A stretch of 64,000 nt of DNA from Alphaproteobacteria bacterium (GCA_035906055.1 JAMIFV010000016.1:2210-66209); one strand, 5' to 3'; counted from the stretch's first letter, positions 46,171-56,337 are shown. A program made the numbers and translations. Notes: generated from the sequence alone by a model not told the origin.

Positions 46171-46974
46171 TTAAGGTTGTTTCCTGAACGGATAGGCCAA
46201 CTGCCCGGTGATATGGTCGGGCACGGGATCGCCTTCAATGCCGAACACTTCCGGCTGTTTGCCCTTGGGCATGTAGAATGTGCCGAACATCACATCGAGG
46301 AAGGAGAAGGTCGGCGCGAAGTTCATGTTGCCGCCTTCGCTGGGGTAGGTATGGTGCCAGCGGTGGAACACGGGGCTGGCGAGGAAATATTTGAACGGCC
46401 CGAACGTCCACGGTACGTTGGCATGCACCAGCGGCGAGAAGATGGCGTTGAAAGGTATCAGCAGCAGGAACGCTTCGACGCGGAAGCCCATGCACAATAC
46501 CAGCGCGTTTACCGATGTGGAATAAAGGATGATATTCACCGGATGGAAGCGTGCCGACGAAAGCCAGTCCACATGTTTGGAAGAATGATGGATGGCGTGG
46601 TACTTCCACAACGGGTCGCGGTGGAAAAGACGGTGCAGCCAGTATTGGAAGAAATCGGAAACGAGCAGGATCAGGAAAGCCTGCACGAGTATGGGCAGCG
46701 TGGCGAGGCTGCTCTCACCGGCAAGGTTCATGTAGCGCACGACGGCGACAGTGCCCAGGAACCCGATGAAGAACCGCAGCAGCGGATTGTAGAAGAACGG
46801 GCCGACAAAGAAGTAAAACATGTCAGCCTTCATGTCCTTGCGGAACAAGGGCTGCGTTTTTTTATCGGGCAATGCGTAGGAGAGGGGGATGAAGATGATA
46901 AGCGAAATGAGAAACCACTTCGCTATATCTAGGAACATGTGTACGAGGGGGTGGATCTGTGCCGTTTCTTCCAT
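46171..46974 (-). CDS. Fatty acid hydroxylase / sterol desaturase superfamily membrane protein
   Basis: Histidine motifs HRLFH, HAIHH and HRWHH, with TM segments. Confidence 0.75.
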   Translation of the reverse strand: MEETAQIHPLVHMFLDIAKWFLISLIIFIPLSYALPDKKTQPLFRKDMKADMFYFFVGPFFYNPLLRFFIGFLGTVAVVRYMNLAGESSLATLPILVQAFLILLVSDFFQYWLHRLFHRDPLWKYHAIHHSSKHVDWLSSARFHPVNIILYSTSVNALVLCMGFRVEAFLLLIPFNAIFSPLVHANVPWTFGPFKYFLASPVFHRWHHTYPSEGGNMNFAPTFSFLDVMFGTFYMPKGKQPEVFGIEGDPVPDHITGQLAYPFRKQP

Positions 46975-46987
46975 AATTAGAACGATT

Positions 46988-48175
46988 CTAACCTAAAGCC
47001 TGCTTAATATCAGCAATTAAATCGTCCGGATCTTCAATGCCTGAGGAAATTCTTATAAGTGAGTCACTTACGCCCATTTTGGCGCGTTCCGCAGGCCCGA
47101 TATTAAAGTGTGTGGTGGAAGCCGGATGCGTGGCAAGGCTCTTGGCGTCGCCTAGGTTATTGGAAATGTCGATGATGCCCAGCTTATTCATAAAGCTGAA
47201 TGCCGCCTTCTTTCCGCCCTTCGCCTCGAACGCCACCAGCGGGCCGCCCTTCTTCATCTGCTTTTTGGCCACGCTGTAATGCTGGTGGCTGGCAAGGCCG
47301 GGGTAAATAACGCGTGTAATCCTGGGGTGCTTTTCCAGCCACTTGGCAATGGCCAGCGCATTGCTGCAATGGCGCTCCACACGCAGCTCCAGCGTTTCAA
47401 GCCCTTTGAGTATCACCCATGCATTGAACGGGCTGAGCGACGGGCCGGTATGGCGGTGGAACGGCATCAGCTTTTCTTCGATGAACTGCTTCGTGGAAAG
47501 CACCGCACCGCCAAGGCTGCGGCCTTGCCCGTCAATATGCTTGGTGGTGGAATAGACCACGATATCCGCGCCCAGTTCCAGCGGATGCTGCAGCAGCGGG
47601 GTAGAGAACACGTTGTCGACGATAAGCTTTGCACCGGCTTTTTTGCACAGCTTCGCGACGGCGGCGATGTCCACGATATCGAGCGTGGGATTGGCGGGCG
47701 TTTCGATGAATGCCAGCGCCGTGTTTTTGCGGAAGGCTTGCTTCCACTGGCCGTGGTCGGCACCGTCCACGAGGGTATATTCAATGCCGAAGCGCGGCAA
47801 TATCTGCGTGATGATGTAATGGCATGAACCGAACAGCACGCGGCTTGCCACCACATGGTCGCCTGCCTTGAGCTGGCACATCATGGAAGAGAACACGGCG
47901 GCCATGCCGCTGGCTACCACGCAGGCGCGCTCAGCGCCTTCCATCAACGCGAGGCGGTCTTCCAGCATGGCGCAGGTGGGGTTGGCGTAGCGCGAGTAAA
48001 CAAAGCCCGGTTCCGTGCCGTTAAAGCGGTTTTCTGCTGTTTCGGCAGAATCATAGCAGAAGCCGGAATTCATGAAGATGGCTTCGCTTGTCTCGCCGAA
48101 CTGGCTGCGGCGGGTGCCGCCGCGCACGAGTTTAGTGGCTAATTTCCATGATTTTGGGTCTTGTTTCTTATGCAT
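46988..48175 (-). CDS. metZ: O-succinylhomoserine sulfhydrylase (Cys/Met PLP enzyme)
   Basis: TRRSQFGETSEAIFMNSGF and YSTTKHIDGQGR (PLP lysine). The ATG at 48175 (MHKKQDPKSW) is preferred; the track ORF extends to 48427. Confidence 0.85.
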   Translation of the reverse strand: MHKKQDPKSWKLATKLVRGGTRRSQFGETSEAIFMNSGFCYDSAETAENRFNGTEPGFVYSRYANPTCAMLEDRLALMEGAERACVVASGMAAVFSSMMCQLKAGDHVVASRVLFGSCHYIITQILPRFGIEYTLVDGADHGQWKQAFRKNTALAFIETPANPTLDIVDIAAVAKLCKKAGAKLIVDNVFSTPLLQHPLELGADIVVYSTTKHIDGQGRSLGGAVLSTKQFIEEKLMPFHRHTGPSLSPFNAWVILKGLETLELRVERHCSNALAIAKWLEKHPRITRVIYPGLASHQHYSVAKKQMKKGGPLVAFEAKGGKKAAFSFMNKLGIIDISNNLGDAKSLATHPASTTHFNIGPAERAKMGVSDSLIRISSGIEDPDDLIADIKQALG

Positions 48176-48217
48176 TGCTGAGAGATAAAGCAGCATCAGG
48201 CTATAAGCAACGGATTT

Positions 48218-48874
48218 ATGCACGGAAACAACCCGATACGCCCCCCTGCAAAGGGCGATGGCAGCACGCTGGACGTGCAGGCGATATTCCCCACCTTGCA
48301 GGGCGAAGGCCCCTATGCGGGCTGGCCTGCCGTGTTCGTGCGCCTTGGCGGATGCAATCTGGCCTGTGAATTCTGTGATACGGAATTTGAAAGCTTCAGC
48401 AGTTTTTCCGTGGCGGATATTGTACATGAGGTTAAAGCCAAAGCTGGCAGGGCAATGCTGGTGGTCATCACGGGCGGCGAACCACTGCGCCAGCCCATCG
48501 CGCCGTTATGCACGGCACTGATAGGGGCAGGGTTCAAGATACAGATAGAGACTAACGGCACGTTGTGGCGTGAGCTGCCGCAGGAAGTGGAAATCATCTG
48601 CTCGCCCAAGAACACCGGCAAGGGCTATGCCTCCATCAGGCCGGACGTGCTGGCGCGCACCAGGGCACTCAAGTTTATTATCTCGGAGCAGGCGGAAGGT
48701 TATCGCGATATTGCCGATGTGGGACAGGGTGCGGATATACCAGTCTATGTGCAGCCGATGGACGAATATGACCTTGCAAAGAATGCCGCCAACCTCAAGC
48801 GCGCAACGGAGATAGCGATGCAGAAAGGTTGCCGCCTTTCGCTGCAGCTTCACAAGATAGCGGGGATAGAATAA
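48218..48874 (+). CDS. queE: 7-carboxy-7-deazaguanine synthase (radical SAM)
   Basis: IFPTLQGEGPYAG and GGCNLACEFCDT. Confidence 0.85.
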   Translation: MHGNNPIRPPAKGDGSTLDVQAIFPTLQGEGPYAGWPAVFVRLGGCNLACEFCDTEFESFSSFSVADIVHEVKAKAGRAMLVVITGGEPLRQPIAPLCTALIGAGFKIQIETNGTLWRELPQEVEIICSPKNTGKGYASIRPDVLARTRALKFIISEQAEGYRDIADVGQGADIPVYVQPMDEYDLAKNAANLKRATEIAMQKGCRLSLQLHKIAGIE

Positions 48875-48880
48875 AGCAGC

Positions 48881-49243
48881 CTAGCGTGCGTTGCGGGCAG
48901 CTTGTCCAGCGGATACTTCAAGAAGCTTTGCTTGGTTCTCCAGTTCTGCAGTCAGGATGTTGAATGATTTGCCATGATCCCTGGCCTCTCGTACTGCAAA
49001 GGTAAGAGCCCCGTTGGAAGGGGCTTCACCTTTACCGCTTACCGCATTACGCACGTATACAACATCCTCTAATGCTTTAGAGGCATCAAACTCTTCGCCA
49101 CTGAGCAGCCTGTTAACCTTCTTCAAAGCAATGAGCGGAGTGTTTGTACCGTTCCACTGCGGTGCTGCCAAATCAATATTATCCCTTATGGTAGCCAACT
49201 GTTGCTTGGCTTCATCAGAAAGAATTACAGCATGTTTTGTCAT
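48881..49243 (-). CDS. Hypothetical protein
   Basis: 120-aa ORF, no recognisable motifs. Visibly AT-richer than its neighbours. Confidence 0.35.
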   Translation of the reverse strand: MTKHAVILSDEAKQQLATIRDNIDLAAPQWNGTNTPLIALKKVNRLLSGEEFDASKALEDVVYVRNAVSGKGEAPSNGALTFAVREARDHGKSFNILTAELENQAKLLEVSAGQAARNAR

Positions 49244-49384
49244 CGGGTGAACCTCTTAAGGATGTTTGAGCATAATATGGCATAATATACGATATGTCGG
49301 ATAGCTTTAAAAATTAAGATTTGATGACAGTAGCGGGAGATTTATATTTACTTATGAGTCAATATGTTATAAATCGCACTCATC

Positions 49385-50071
49385 ATGAAAAAAGCGGTGG
49401 TGCTCTTAAGCGGCGGGCTTGATTCCGCAACGGTGCTGGCGATTGCGAGGTCACAGGGCTTTGCGCCCTACGCGCTCTCCTTCCGTTACGGCCAGCGCCA
49501 TAAGGTGGAAATTGAAGCGGCGAAGAAAGTGGCCCAGTCCATCGGCGTGCAGGAACATAAAATCGCCGATATCGATTTGCGTCTGTTCGGCGGCTCCGCA
49601 CTCACGGCGGATATCGCCGTGCCAAAGCATGCGAACGTGGATGAGATAGGGCAGGACATACCCGTTACCTATGTGCCTGCGCGCAACACCATCTTTCTTT
49701 CCTTTGCGCTTGCATGGGCGGAAGTGTTGCAGGCGTATGATATCTTCATCGGCGTGAATGCGCTCGATTACAGCGGATACCCGGATTGCCGCCCGGAGTT
49801 CATCATCTCCTTCGAACAGACCGCCAACCTTGCCACTGCCTACGCGGTGCAGGCAAAAACGCGTGTGAGCATACATGCTCCGCTCATCAGCCTGACCAAG
49901 GCCGATATCATCCGTAAAGGGCGGGAGCTTGGCGTGGATTATGCCAATACCATCAGCTGTTACGATCCCGCGCCCGACGCCGGGGCCTGTGGCCGCTGCG
50001 ACAGCTGCCTGCTGCGTGCCAGGGGGTTTAAGGAAAACGCGATTCCCGATCCCGCCGCGCGATTTGTTTAA
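49385..50071 (+). CDS. queC: 7-cyano-7-deazaguanine synthase
   Basis: [14 protein letters not shown], a C-terminal Cys cluster [17 protein letters not shown]. Confidence 0.9.
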   Translation: MKKAVVLLSGGLDSATVLAIARSQGFAPYALSFRYGQRHKVEIEAAKKVAQSIGVQEHKIADIDLRLFGGSALTADIAVPKHANVDEIGQDIPVTYVPARNTIFLSFALAWAEVLQAYDIFIGVNALDYSGYPDCRPEFIISFEQTANLATAYAVQAKTRVSIHAPLISLTKADIIRKGRELGVDYANTISCYDPAPDAGACGRCDSCLLRARGFKENAIPDPAARFV

Positions 50072-50141
50072 AATTAGTAGTGCTTTGCTCCGCAGAAGTG
50101 CTAAAATACTGCCAGCCGTATACATTCAGCAGGAGAAAAAC

Positions 50142-50627
50142 ATGCGCTCTTCACGCCTGCCATTCCTCGCCGCGTTACTCATTCCTTCCATTGGCTTTGC
50201 GTCTGATTCTTTTGTGTCCAGCGGCATTCCGTATGTGTCGCCGACAAATGCGCGGGAGCGCGAAAATCTGGTGGACCTGCAGGAGCAGAAGATTCGCCAG
50301 TATGAGCCCGAACGGCAGGAGTCAGACGTGAACGCACAGGATATGGTGCGTCCTCCTTCTGACCTGCAACAGCATTTGCTGAATCAGCAGGGTACGTATA
50401 ACCCGCAACAGCAGCACTCAACAGAGCAGCAAAGAGCGCTGGCGCAGGGGATGGCAGACTATCACCGGGTGCTGCGTGAGAGAAATATTGACCCCAACGC
50501 GATGCGTGCCGTCATCCCCCCGCCGCAGAGCTCTTACCCTCCCGGCCCCGATTCCGTATATTACGACCCGAATAAGGATTATTCGCCTGAGAGGCATTAT
50601 ATGCCCACTATGCCCAGCCCCAGATAG
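50142..50627 (+). CDS. Secreted Gln/Pro-rich hypothetical protein
   Basis: aggaga RBS. Signal MRSSRLPFLAALLIPSIGFASDSFV. The ATG at 50142 lies within a longer track ORF. Confidence 0.5.
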   Translation: MRSSRLPFLAALLIPSIGFASDSFVSSGIPYVSPTNARERENLVDLQEQKIRQYEPERQESDVNAQDMVRPPSDLQQHLLNQQGTYNPQQQHSTEQQRALAQGMADYHRVLRERNIDPNAMRAVIPPPQSSYPPGPDSVYYDPNKDYSPERHYMPTMPSPR

Positions 50628-50663
50628 CCTGCGCCGCAGCGTCCATTGTTTGCAGGAGAAACT

Positions 50664-51308
50664 ATGCGCTTTTATTGTTTGCCGTTCGTTGTGGCTATGC
50701 TCATTCCCGTCATTGCCGGTGCCGATGACAGTTTCGTATATACCCGCAGGCCCGCACCCGTGGCCGAGCAGCAGGAAACGGCACCCCGGCAGGAAATGCA
50801 GCCGCAGGGCGTTATCAGTAATGGCGGCAATGTCCACGAGGTGCCAGCCACCCCGCCGGGATGGGACTCGCTGACCACCGGCACGGCTAATGGCGGCGGC
50901 GTGCTGGGGAACGGCAATGGCATGAATGGCGGCTATGGCAGCCCGCTTGGTACGCTGAGCGGCAATAATATCATCACTAACGGCAATGCGGCGAACGACC
51001 TGCTGAACAGCATGGCTTCCGGCGGAGCGCGCCAGAGCTTCGGTGATGTAAGCGTCAGCAGCGACGGCGATGTTTCGCCCCAGGAGCGCGCCATGTATGC
51101 GGCATTCCTGGGTTCGTTGCTGCAGACCGTGCGTGCCCAGCCTGATACGGCTCCCGGGACCGCTACCAGCTATAATGGCGGCGGCTGGAAGCCGGTGACA
51201 CCGGCATTCAACACCGGCGTTCCGGCGCATAGCGGCAGCATGGGCGTATCCGCCCCGGCAGTGCCTTGCCCGAACGGTGCGCGCGGCGTTGCAGGCGTAG
51301 GCTGCTGA
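50664..51308 (+). CDS. Secreted Gly/Asn-rich hypothetical protein (signal peptide paralogous to the upstream gene)
   Basis: aggaga RBS. Signal MRFYCLPFVVAMLIPVIAGADDSFVY. Confidence 0.5.
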   Translation: MRFYCLPFVVAMLIPVIAGADDSFVYTRRPAPVAEQQETAPRQEMQPQGVISNGGNVHEVPATPPGWDSLTTGTANGGGVLGNGNGMNGGYGSPLGTLSGNNIITNGNAANDLLNSMASGGARQSFGDVSVSSDGDVSPQERAMYAAFLGSLLQTVRAQPDTAPGTATSYNGGGWKPVTPAFNTGVPAHSGSMGVSAPAVPCPNGARGVAGVGC

Positions 51309-51315
51309 CACATCT

Positions 51316-51768
51316 ATGGGCACGCAGCATATTCACGGCACATGTGTGGCTATCGGGCAGTGCGCAGTGCTGTTGCTGGGAGATTCGGGAAGCGGCAAAT
51401 CCGATCTGGCATTGCGCCTGATAGATCGTGGCGCCGTGCTGGTGGCGGACGACCAGATACAACTGACTGCGGATAACGGCGTATTACACGCCTCCGCTCC
51501 CGCCAGTATCAGGGGGCTGCTGGAGGTACGGGGCATAGGCCTTATCAAAATGCCGTGTAAGGATTCAATACCGGTAGCGCTGGTGGTGCAGTTAGTGCCG
51601 CCTGCTCAGGTGGAAAGATTGCCCCTGCCGCAGTCGCGGGAATTCCTCGGGATCACACTTGCTGTATGTGAATTATCCGCATTTGAAGCTTCCGCCCCCA
51701 TCAAAGTGGAAGGTGCAATTTCCGCTTTTCAGGACAGAAGGTTACAGGTGGGATTTTTAAGGGAATAG
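51316..51768 (+). CDS. hprK: Short HPr kinase/phosphorylase (C-terminal domain type)
   Basis: 150 aa. HGTCVAI....LLLGDSGSGKSDLALRLI and EVRGIG. Confidence 0.8.
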   Translation: MGTQHIHGTCVAIGQCAVLLLGDSGSGKSDLALRLIDRGAVLVADDQIQLTADNGVLHASAPASIRGLLEVRGIGLIKMPCKDSIPVALVVQLVPPAQVERLPLPQSREFLGITLAVCELSAFEASAPIKVEGAISAFQDRRLQVGFLRE

Positions 51769-51887
51769 TCCCTGGCGCTGTGGATAACTCGATGTGGTAA
51801 CAGCATAAATTGTCACAAAATATTCACATTACAAATCCAAAACCTCTGTATGATGTAAGCTGAAACGTATTCAGAAAGTGCGCGCGC

Positions 51888-52163
51888 ATGGGATACTGGC
51901 GGGAAGAATTAAAAGACAATCCTGAACTGTATGTGGCCTACGCCAATCTTCTGGATGCGAGTGAAAATAATATTCCTGCGTTCGAGCGTGAAGTTCGCCG
52001 TCAGGGACTTTGGGATGAATACCAGCACTGGCGTCGCGCCAAGAAAAGTGAAGCTAAAAACGGCATTAATGAGAAAGGGCCCGTGGTCTTTTCAGCAGGA
52101 AAAAAGATTATCAGCGGCGTGGTGGCGTTGCTGACAGGAAAAGAAAAAGAGTATGACGAATGA
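51888..52163 (+). CDS. Hypothetical protein
   Basis: 91-aa ORF in an AT-richer insert between hprK and rapZ. No motif recognised. Confidence 0.35.
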   Translation: MGYWREELKDNPELYVAYANLLDASENNIPAFEREVRRQGLWDEYQHWRRAKKSEAKNGINEKGPVVFSAGKKIISGVVALLTGKEKEYDE

Positions 52164-52353
52164 TGATTTAGATAAATTAGATCCGTTTCTTGCCAAGATG
52201 GCGGCTGTGCAAGCTGCGGATAAAGCTAGAGAACGCATGTTGCAAGTCGCAGGTATCAGCAATGGTTCCTGGGGTGATCATGTCGTGTCCTCCGGCAGCT
52301 ATATCGAATCTGCGCACGCTCCCAAAGCCAAGGGCGGACGCGGCATGGGCTGA
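52153..52353 (+). CDS. Hypothetical protein
   Basis: 66-aa ORF overlapping the previous ORF by 11 nt. No motif recognised. Confidence 0.3.
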   Translation: MTNDDLDKLDPFLAKMAAVQAADKARERMLQVAGISNGSWGDHVVSSGSYIESAHAPKAKGGRGMG

Positions 52354-52410
52354 CCGGCCCTGTACTGCCCAAATCCGTTGCGCTCCCTGTATTTTAAAGT
52401 ACATTGCATT

Positions 52411-52538
52411 TAGAGCATTTCCCATTTAATCGTTCGCGTCGTTATCCTTCGGTCTCGGTGTGCTCATGTACTACGTGTACACTCCGCGCACCTTGCCTCG
52501 GCTGCCTAGCGAACAATTAAAGCGAAAACGCTCTAGAG
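52411..52538. mobile_element. MITE-like element, family A copy 2
   Basis: Same 128-bp element as 8842-8969. It ends 14 nt before the rapZ ATG, just before the aaggag RBS. Confidence 0.85.
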
Positions 52539-52552
52539 TATTAAAGGAGTCT

Positions 52553-53404
52553 ATGCGCGTTCTGCTGATTACAGGGTTGTCAGGTGCCGGTCGCTCCGTG
52601 GCGCTGCGCGCGCTGGAGGATATGGGCTATGAGGCGATAGATAACGCACCGCTTGCGCTTATCCCTTCGCTGCTGGCGTCCGGCAGTGCCGACCCGTTGC
52701 ACCGGCTGGTGATAGGCACCGATGCGCGCAGCCGCGATTTCTCCGTCGCGCATTTTCAGGAGATGCTGCTAACGCTAAAGGGGCAAAGCGCGCATGAGGT
52801 GAAAGTGCTCTTCCTCAATTGCGACAATGAAGTGTTGCAGCGCCGTTTCACCGAGACGCGCCGCAAGCATCCGCTGGCGCTCGACAGGCCCGTGATGGAC
52901 GGCATACGCCACGAACGCAGCCTTACACTGCCGGTACGCGATATGGCGGACATCGTGCTGGACACCACCGAATGGTCAAACGCCCAGCTGCGCGACGTGC
53001 TGCGCGAATACTTCAGCGAAGAGCGCAAAGCGCTTTCCATATTCGTAACGTCGTTTTCCTTCAAGCGCGGTGTGCCGCGCGATGCCGACCTCGTGTTTGA
53101 CGTGCGCTTCCTGCGTAACCCTTTTTATGACGACGCGCTGCGTGAGCTGACCGGGCTGGACCCCAAAGTGGTGGCGCATGTGGAAGCCGACCCCGATTTC
53201 GCCGGTTTCTTTGAACGGCTCACCCAGTTGGTGGCGCCGCTGCTGCCGCGTTACCTGCTGGAAGGCAAAAGCTATCTGACGATCAGTATCGGCTGCACGG
53301 GGGGCTGGCATCGCTCGGTAATGGTGGCTGAAAAGCTTGCTGGCTTTTTGAAAAAGAAAGAGTATAAGGTGGGCGTTCGGCACCGCGAATTAGTGGATAA
53401 ATAG
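52553..53404 (+). CDS. rapZ: RNase adapter / nucleotide-binding protein RapZ (YhbJ family)
   Basis: MRVLLITGLSGAGRSVALRALEDMGY, FSFKRGVP and CTGGWHRSV. The ATG at 52553 has an aaggag RBS. The track ORF from 52460 reads through the repeat. Confidence 0.9.
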   Translation: MRVLLITGLSGAGRSVALRALEDMGYEAIDNAPLALIPSLLASGSADPLHRLVIGTDARSRDFSVAHFQEMLLTLKGQSAHEVKVLFLNCDNEVLQRRFTETRRKHPLALDRPVMDGIRHERSLTLPVRDMADIVLDTTEWSNAQLRDVLREYFSEERKALSIFVTSFSFKRGVPRDADLVFDVRFLRNPFYDDALRELTGLDPKVVAHVEADPDFAGFFERLTQLVAPLLPRYLLEGKSYLTISIGCTGGWHRSVMVAEKLAGFLKKKEYKVGVRHRELVDK

Positions 53405-53435
53405 GCTGTATAACTACGGGAAAGAGTTTTCGGAA

Positions 53436-53846
53436 ATGATTGGTCTGGTAGTGGTTACTCATGGAAAGCTGGCTCTGGAATTCATAGCCGCGACGGAGCA
53501 TGTGGTAGGCAAGCAGAAAGACATCGAAGCGATCTGCATCGAGCCTGAAGACGATATGGAAAAACGCCGTGAAGATATTATGGCTGCGGTGCAGAAAGTG
53601 GATTCCGGCGGCGGCGTCGCCATCCTTACCGACATGTTCGGCGGCACACCCTCCAACCTCGCTATCTCCATCATGGGCAAGGCCCCGGTGGAAGTGGTGG
53701 CGGGCATCAACCTGCCGATGATGGTGAAGCTTGCCAGCATCCGCAATAACATGCCGCTTGCGCAAGCCGTTCTTGCCGCGCAGGAGGCAGGCCGCAAGTA
53801 CATCAACGTCGCCAGCAACCTGCTGACAAAGGACCCTGCGGCGTGA
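53436..53846 (+). CDS. manX: PTS EIIA component, mannose family
   Basis: MIGLVVVTHGKLA (phospho-His context) and DMFGGTPSN. Confidence 0.85.
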   Translation: MIGLVVVTHGKLALEFIAATEHVVGKQKDIEAICIEPEDDMEKRREDIMAAVQKVDSGGGVAILTDMFGGTPSNLAISIMGKAPVEVVAGINLPMMVKLASIRNNMPLAQAVLAAQEAGRKYINVASNLLTKDPAA

Positions 53847-54145
53847 GCGCGGACATTACGGTTCCCGTTACCAATAAAAAAGGGCTGCATGCCCGTGCCG
53901 CCGCTAAGTTTGTTAAAACCGCAAGCCAGTTCGAGGCGGTGGTCAGGGTATCCAAAGTTGCAGGGGCGGGCGTAACCGACGCTTCCGCGCAGGTGGAGGC
54001 ATCTGGCGGCTCCATCCTCGGGCTGATGATGCTGGGGGCGGAATGCGGCTCAACGATACGCATGCGCTCGGAATGCGAGCAGGGCAGCGCCGCTGTTGAC
54101 GCGCTGCGCAAGCTGGTGGAAGAGAAATTTCAGGAAAGCGAATAA
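53843..54145 (+). CDS. HPr-like phosphocarrier protein (NPr/HPr)
   Basis: KKGLHARAAAKFV (His-15 context). The start overlaps the upstream stop. Confidence 0.85.
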   Translation: MSADITVPVTNKKGLHARAAAKFVKTASQFEAVVRVSKVAGAGVTDASAQVEASGGSILGLMMLGAECGSTIRMRSECEQGSAAVDALRKLVEEKFQESE

Positions 54146-54154
54146 AAGCAAGGC

Positions 54155-54225
54155 TCAGGACTGATTAAACTCTTGCTTGCTTTTCCTCTCCCGCTTTGCA
54201 AGAGGAAAAGAGTCATGAGTCCTGA
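54155..54225. repeat. Type B palindromic element
   Basis: tcaggactgattaaactcttgcttgcttttcctctcccgctttgcaagaggaaaagagtcatgagtcctga. Contains the 10-bp stem cttttcctct/agaggaaaag, immediately after the HPr stop. Confidence 0.8.
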
Positions 54226-54400
54226 TCCTAGCGGCTGATCTGGCCTTATTGCGCAATTTTCTGATGATTATCCATACAGAATAATAAGTTAGGTTTATCA
54301 GGCGATAAAGCGGCGATTGGATTGCGGTCAATGGAAGTTGTGAATGGCATGCCGTTGAGTTACAATGGGTTCTTGCTTTTACGGTAGAAGGAGTATGCCC

Positions 54401-56329
54401 ATGTCGGAAGTTGTGATTCCCGTAAATTCCGCATTGAATACAAAGGACAGCATTGATGCCGGGCGTTATCAGCAGCTATACCGGCAGTCTGTTTCCGACC
54501 CCGAAGGCTTCTGGGGCGAGCAGGCCGGACGCCTGCTGTGGCGAAAACGCTGGGTAAAGGTGAAGAATACGCGCTACGCGCCGGATGTTTCCATCAAGTG
54601 GTTCGAGGGCGGCGAGCTCAACATCGCTGAGAACTGCATCGACCGTCACCTCGCTACCAAGGCAGATAAAACCGCTATCATCTGGGAAGGGGACGATCCT
54701 GCGGAATCGCGCCATATCACTTACCGCGAACTGCATGAGCAGGTATGCAGGCTGGCCAACGTGCTTACAAAACATGGCGTGAAAAAAGGCGACCGCGTAA
54801 CGGTCTACATGCCCATGATACCTGAGGCCGCATATGCGATGCTTGCCTGTGCCCGTATCGGTGCGGTGCATTCGGTAGTTTTCGGCGGATTCTCCGCGCA
54901 GTCGCTCAAAGGCCGTATCGAGGATTGCGGCAGCACGTTCGTCATCACCGCCGACGAAGGCGTGCGCGGTGGCAAGAAGATCCCTCTGAAGGCCAATGTG
55001 GATGAAGCGGTGAAGGAGCTTCCCTTCGTCAGCAAGGTGCTGGTGGCGCGCCGCACGGGCGGCAATGTGGCCTGGCAGGCCGGGCGTGACCTGTGGTACC
55101 ATGAAGAAGTGGAAGCCGCTTCACCGCAGCATCAGGCACAGGCGTTCGATGCGGAAACGCCTTTGTACATTCTCTATACCTCCGGCTCCACGGGCAGGCC
55201 CAAGGGCGTGCTGCATACGACTGCGGGTTATCTCCTGTATGTGAACCTGACCTTCGCCACCATATTCGATTATCGCGACGGCGAAGTTTACTGGTGCTCG
55301 GCGGATGTGGGCTGGGTAACCGGGCATAGCTATATTGTGTATGGCCCGCTTTCCAGCGGCGCCACCACGCTCATGTTTGAGGGTGTTCCCAATTATCCGG
55401 ACGCCTCGCGCTTCTGGCAGGTGATCGACAAGCACAAAGTGAACATATTCTACACAGCGCCCACGGCGTTGCGCGCGCTGATGCGTGAAGGCGACGAGCA
55501 TGTGGCGGCATCCTCGCGCGCGTCACTACGCATACTTGCTAGCGTGGGCGAGCCTATCAATCCTGAAGCGTGGCTATGGTATTACAACGTGGTGGGCGAA
55601 AAACGCTGTCCGGTCATGGACACATGGTGGCAGACCGAAACCGGGGGCATACTCATAGCGCCCATACCCGGTGCGACGCCGCTGAAACCCGGTTCGGCCA
55701 CGTGGCCGTTCTTTGGCGCGCAGCCTGTTATCGTGGATGCCGGCGGCAGCCCGCTGGAAGGTGAATGTGAGGGCTTCCTCTGCATGAAAGACTCGTGGCC
55801 GGGGCAGGCGCGCACGCTCTGGGGCGACCATGAGCGTTTTGAACAGACTTATTTTTCCACTTATAAGGGGTATTATTTCAGCGGCGATGGCTGCCGCCGC
55901 GATAAAGACGGTTATTACTGGATAACAGGACGTGTGGACGACGTTATCAACGTTTCCGGCCACCGCCTCGGCACGGCGGAGATAGAAAGCGCGCTGGTGG
56001 GGCATGAAGCCGTGGCGGAGGCGGCGGTAGTGCCCATCCCGCATGATATTAAAGGACAAGGTATTTATGCCTATGTGACCGTGAAGGCAAAAATCCAGCC
56101 TGATGAAACCCTTAACAAGGCGCTCATAGCGTGGGTGCGCAAGGCAATAAGCCCCATTGCCACGCCGGACGTGATCCATTTTACCCCGGCGCTGCCCAAG
56201 ACCCGCTCCGGCAAGATCATGCGCAGGATATTGCGCAAGATCGCGGAGGGTGATACATCCACCCTCGGCGACGTAAGCACCCTGGCCAATCCCGAAGCGG
56301 TGCAGGCGCTGATAGACAGTAAGAAGTGA
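54401..56329 (+). CDS. acs: Acetyl-CoA synthetase
   Basis: [20 protein letters not shown] and [14 protein letters not shown], with a C-terminal [14 protein letters not shown]. The ATG at 54401 is preferred on aaggag spacing. Confidence 0.95.
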   Translation: MSEVVIPVNSALNTKDSIDAGRYQQLYRQSVSDPEGFWGEQAGRLLWRKRWVKVKNTRYAPDVSIKWFEGGELNIAENCIDRHLATKADKTAIIWEGDDPAESRHITYRELHEQVCRLANVLTKHGVKKGDRVTVYMPMIPEAAYAMLACARIGAVHSVVFGGFSAQSLKGRIEDCGSTFVITADEGVRGGKKIPLKANVDEAVKELPFVSKVLVARRTGGNVAWQAGRDLWYHEEVEAASPQHQAQAFDAETPLYILYTSGSTGRPKGVLHTTAGYLLYVNLTFATIFDYRDGEVYWCSADVGWVTGHSYIVYGPLSSGATTLMFEGVPNYPDASRFWQVIDKHKVNIFYTAPTALRALMREGDEHVAASSRASLRILASVGEPINPEAWLWYYNVVGEKRCPVMDTWWQTETGGILIAPIPGATPLKPGSATWPFFGAQPVIVDAGGSPLEGECEGFLCMKDSWPGQARTLWGDHERFEQTYFSTYKGYYFSGDGCRRDKDGYYWITGRVDDVINVSGHRLGTAEIESALVGHEAVAEAAVVPIPHDIKGQGIYAYVTVKAKIQPDETLNKALIAWVRKAISPIATPDVIHFTPALPKTRSGKIMRRILRKIAEGDTSTLGDVSTLANPEAVQALIDSKK

Positions 56330-56337
56330 TGTAGCAC

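Noticed and set aside
48176-48330. A SAM-II type riboswitch upstream of metZ.
   Set aside because: The reverse-complement leader shows no convincing match to the motif as I remember it, and it largely overlaps the queE coding start. Unverified without a covariance search.
48881-49243. QueD (6-carboxytetrahydropterin synthase), suggested by the size and by the position between queE and queC.
   Set aside because: The ORF is on the opposite strand. It has no His-rich zinc or catalytic motifs and no resemblance to QueD N-terminal sequences as I recall them.
49244-49384. A preQ1 riboswitch upstream of queC.
   Set aside because: The gap is AT-rich, with no recognisable small hairpin followed by an A-rich tail matching the preQ1-I/II patterns I know. 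This needs cmscan to be certain.
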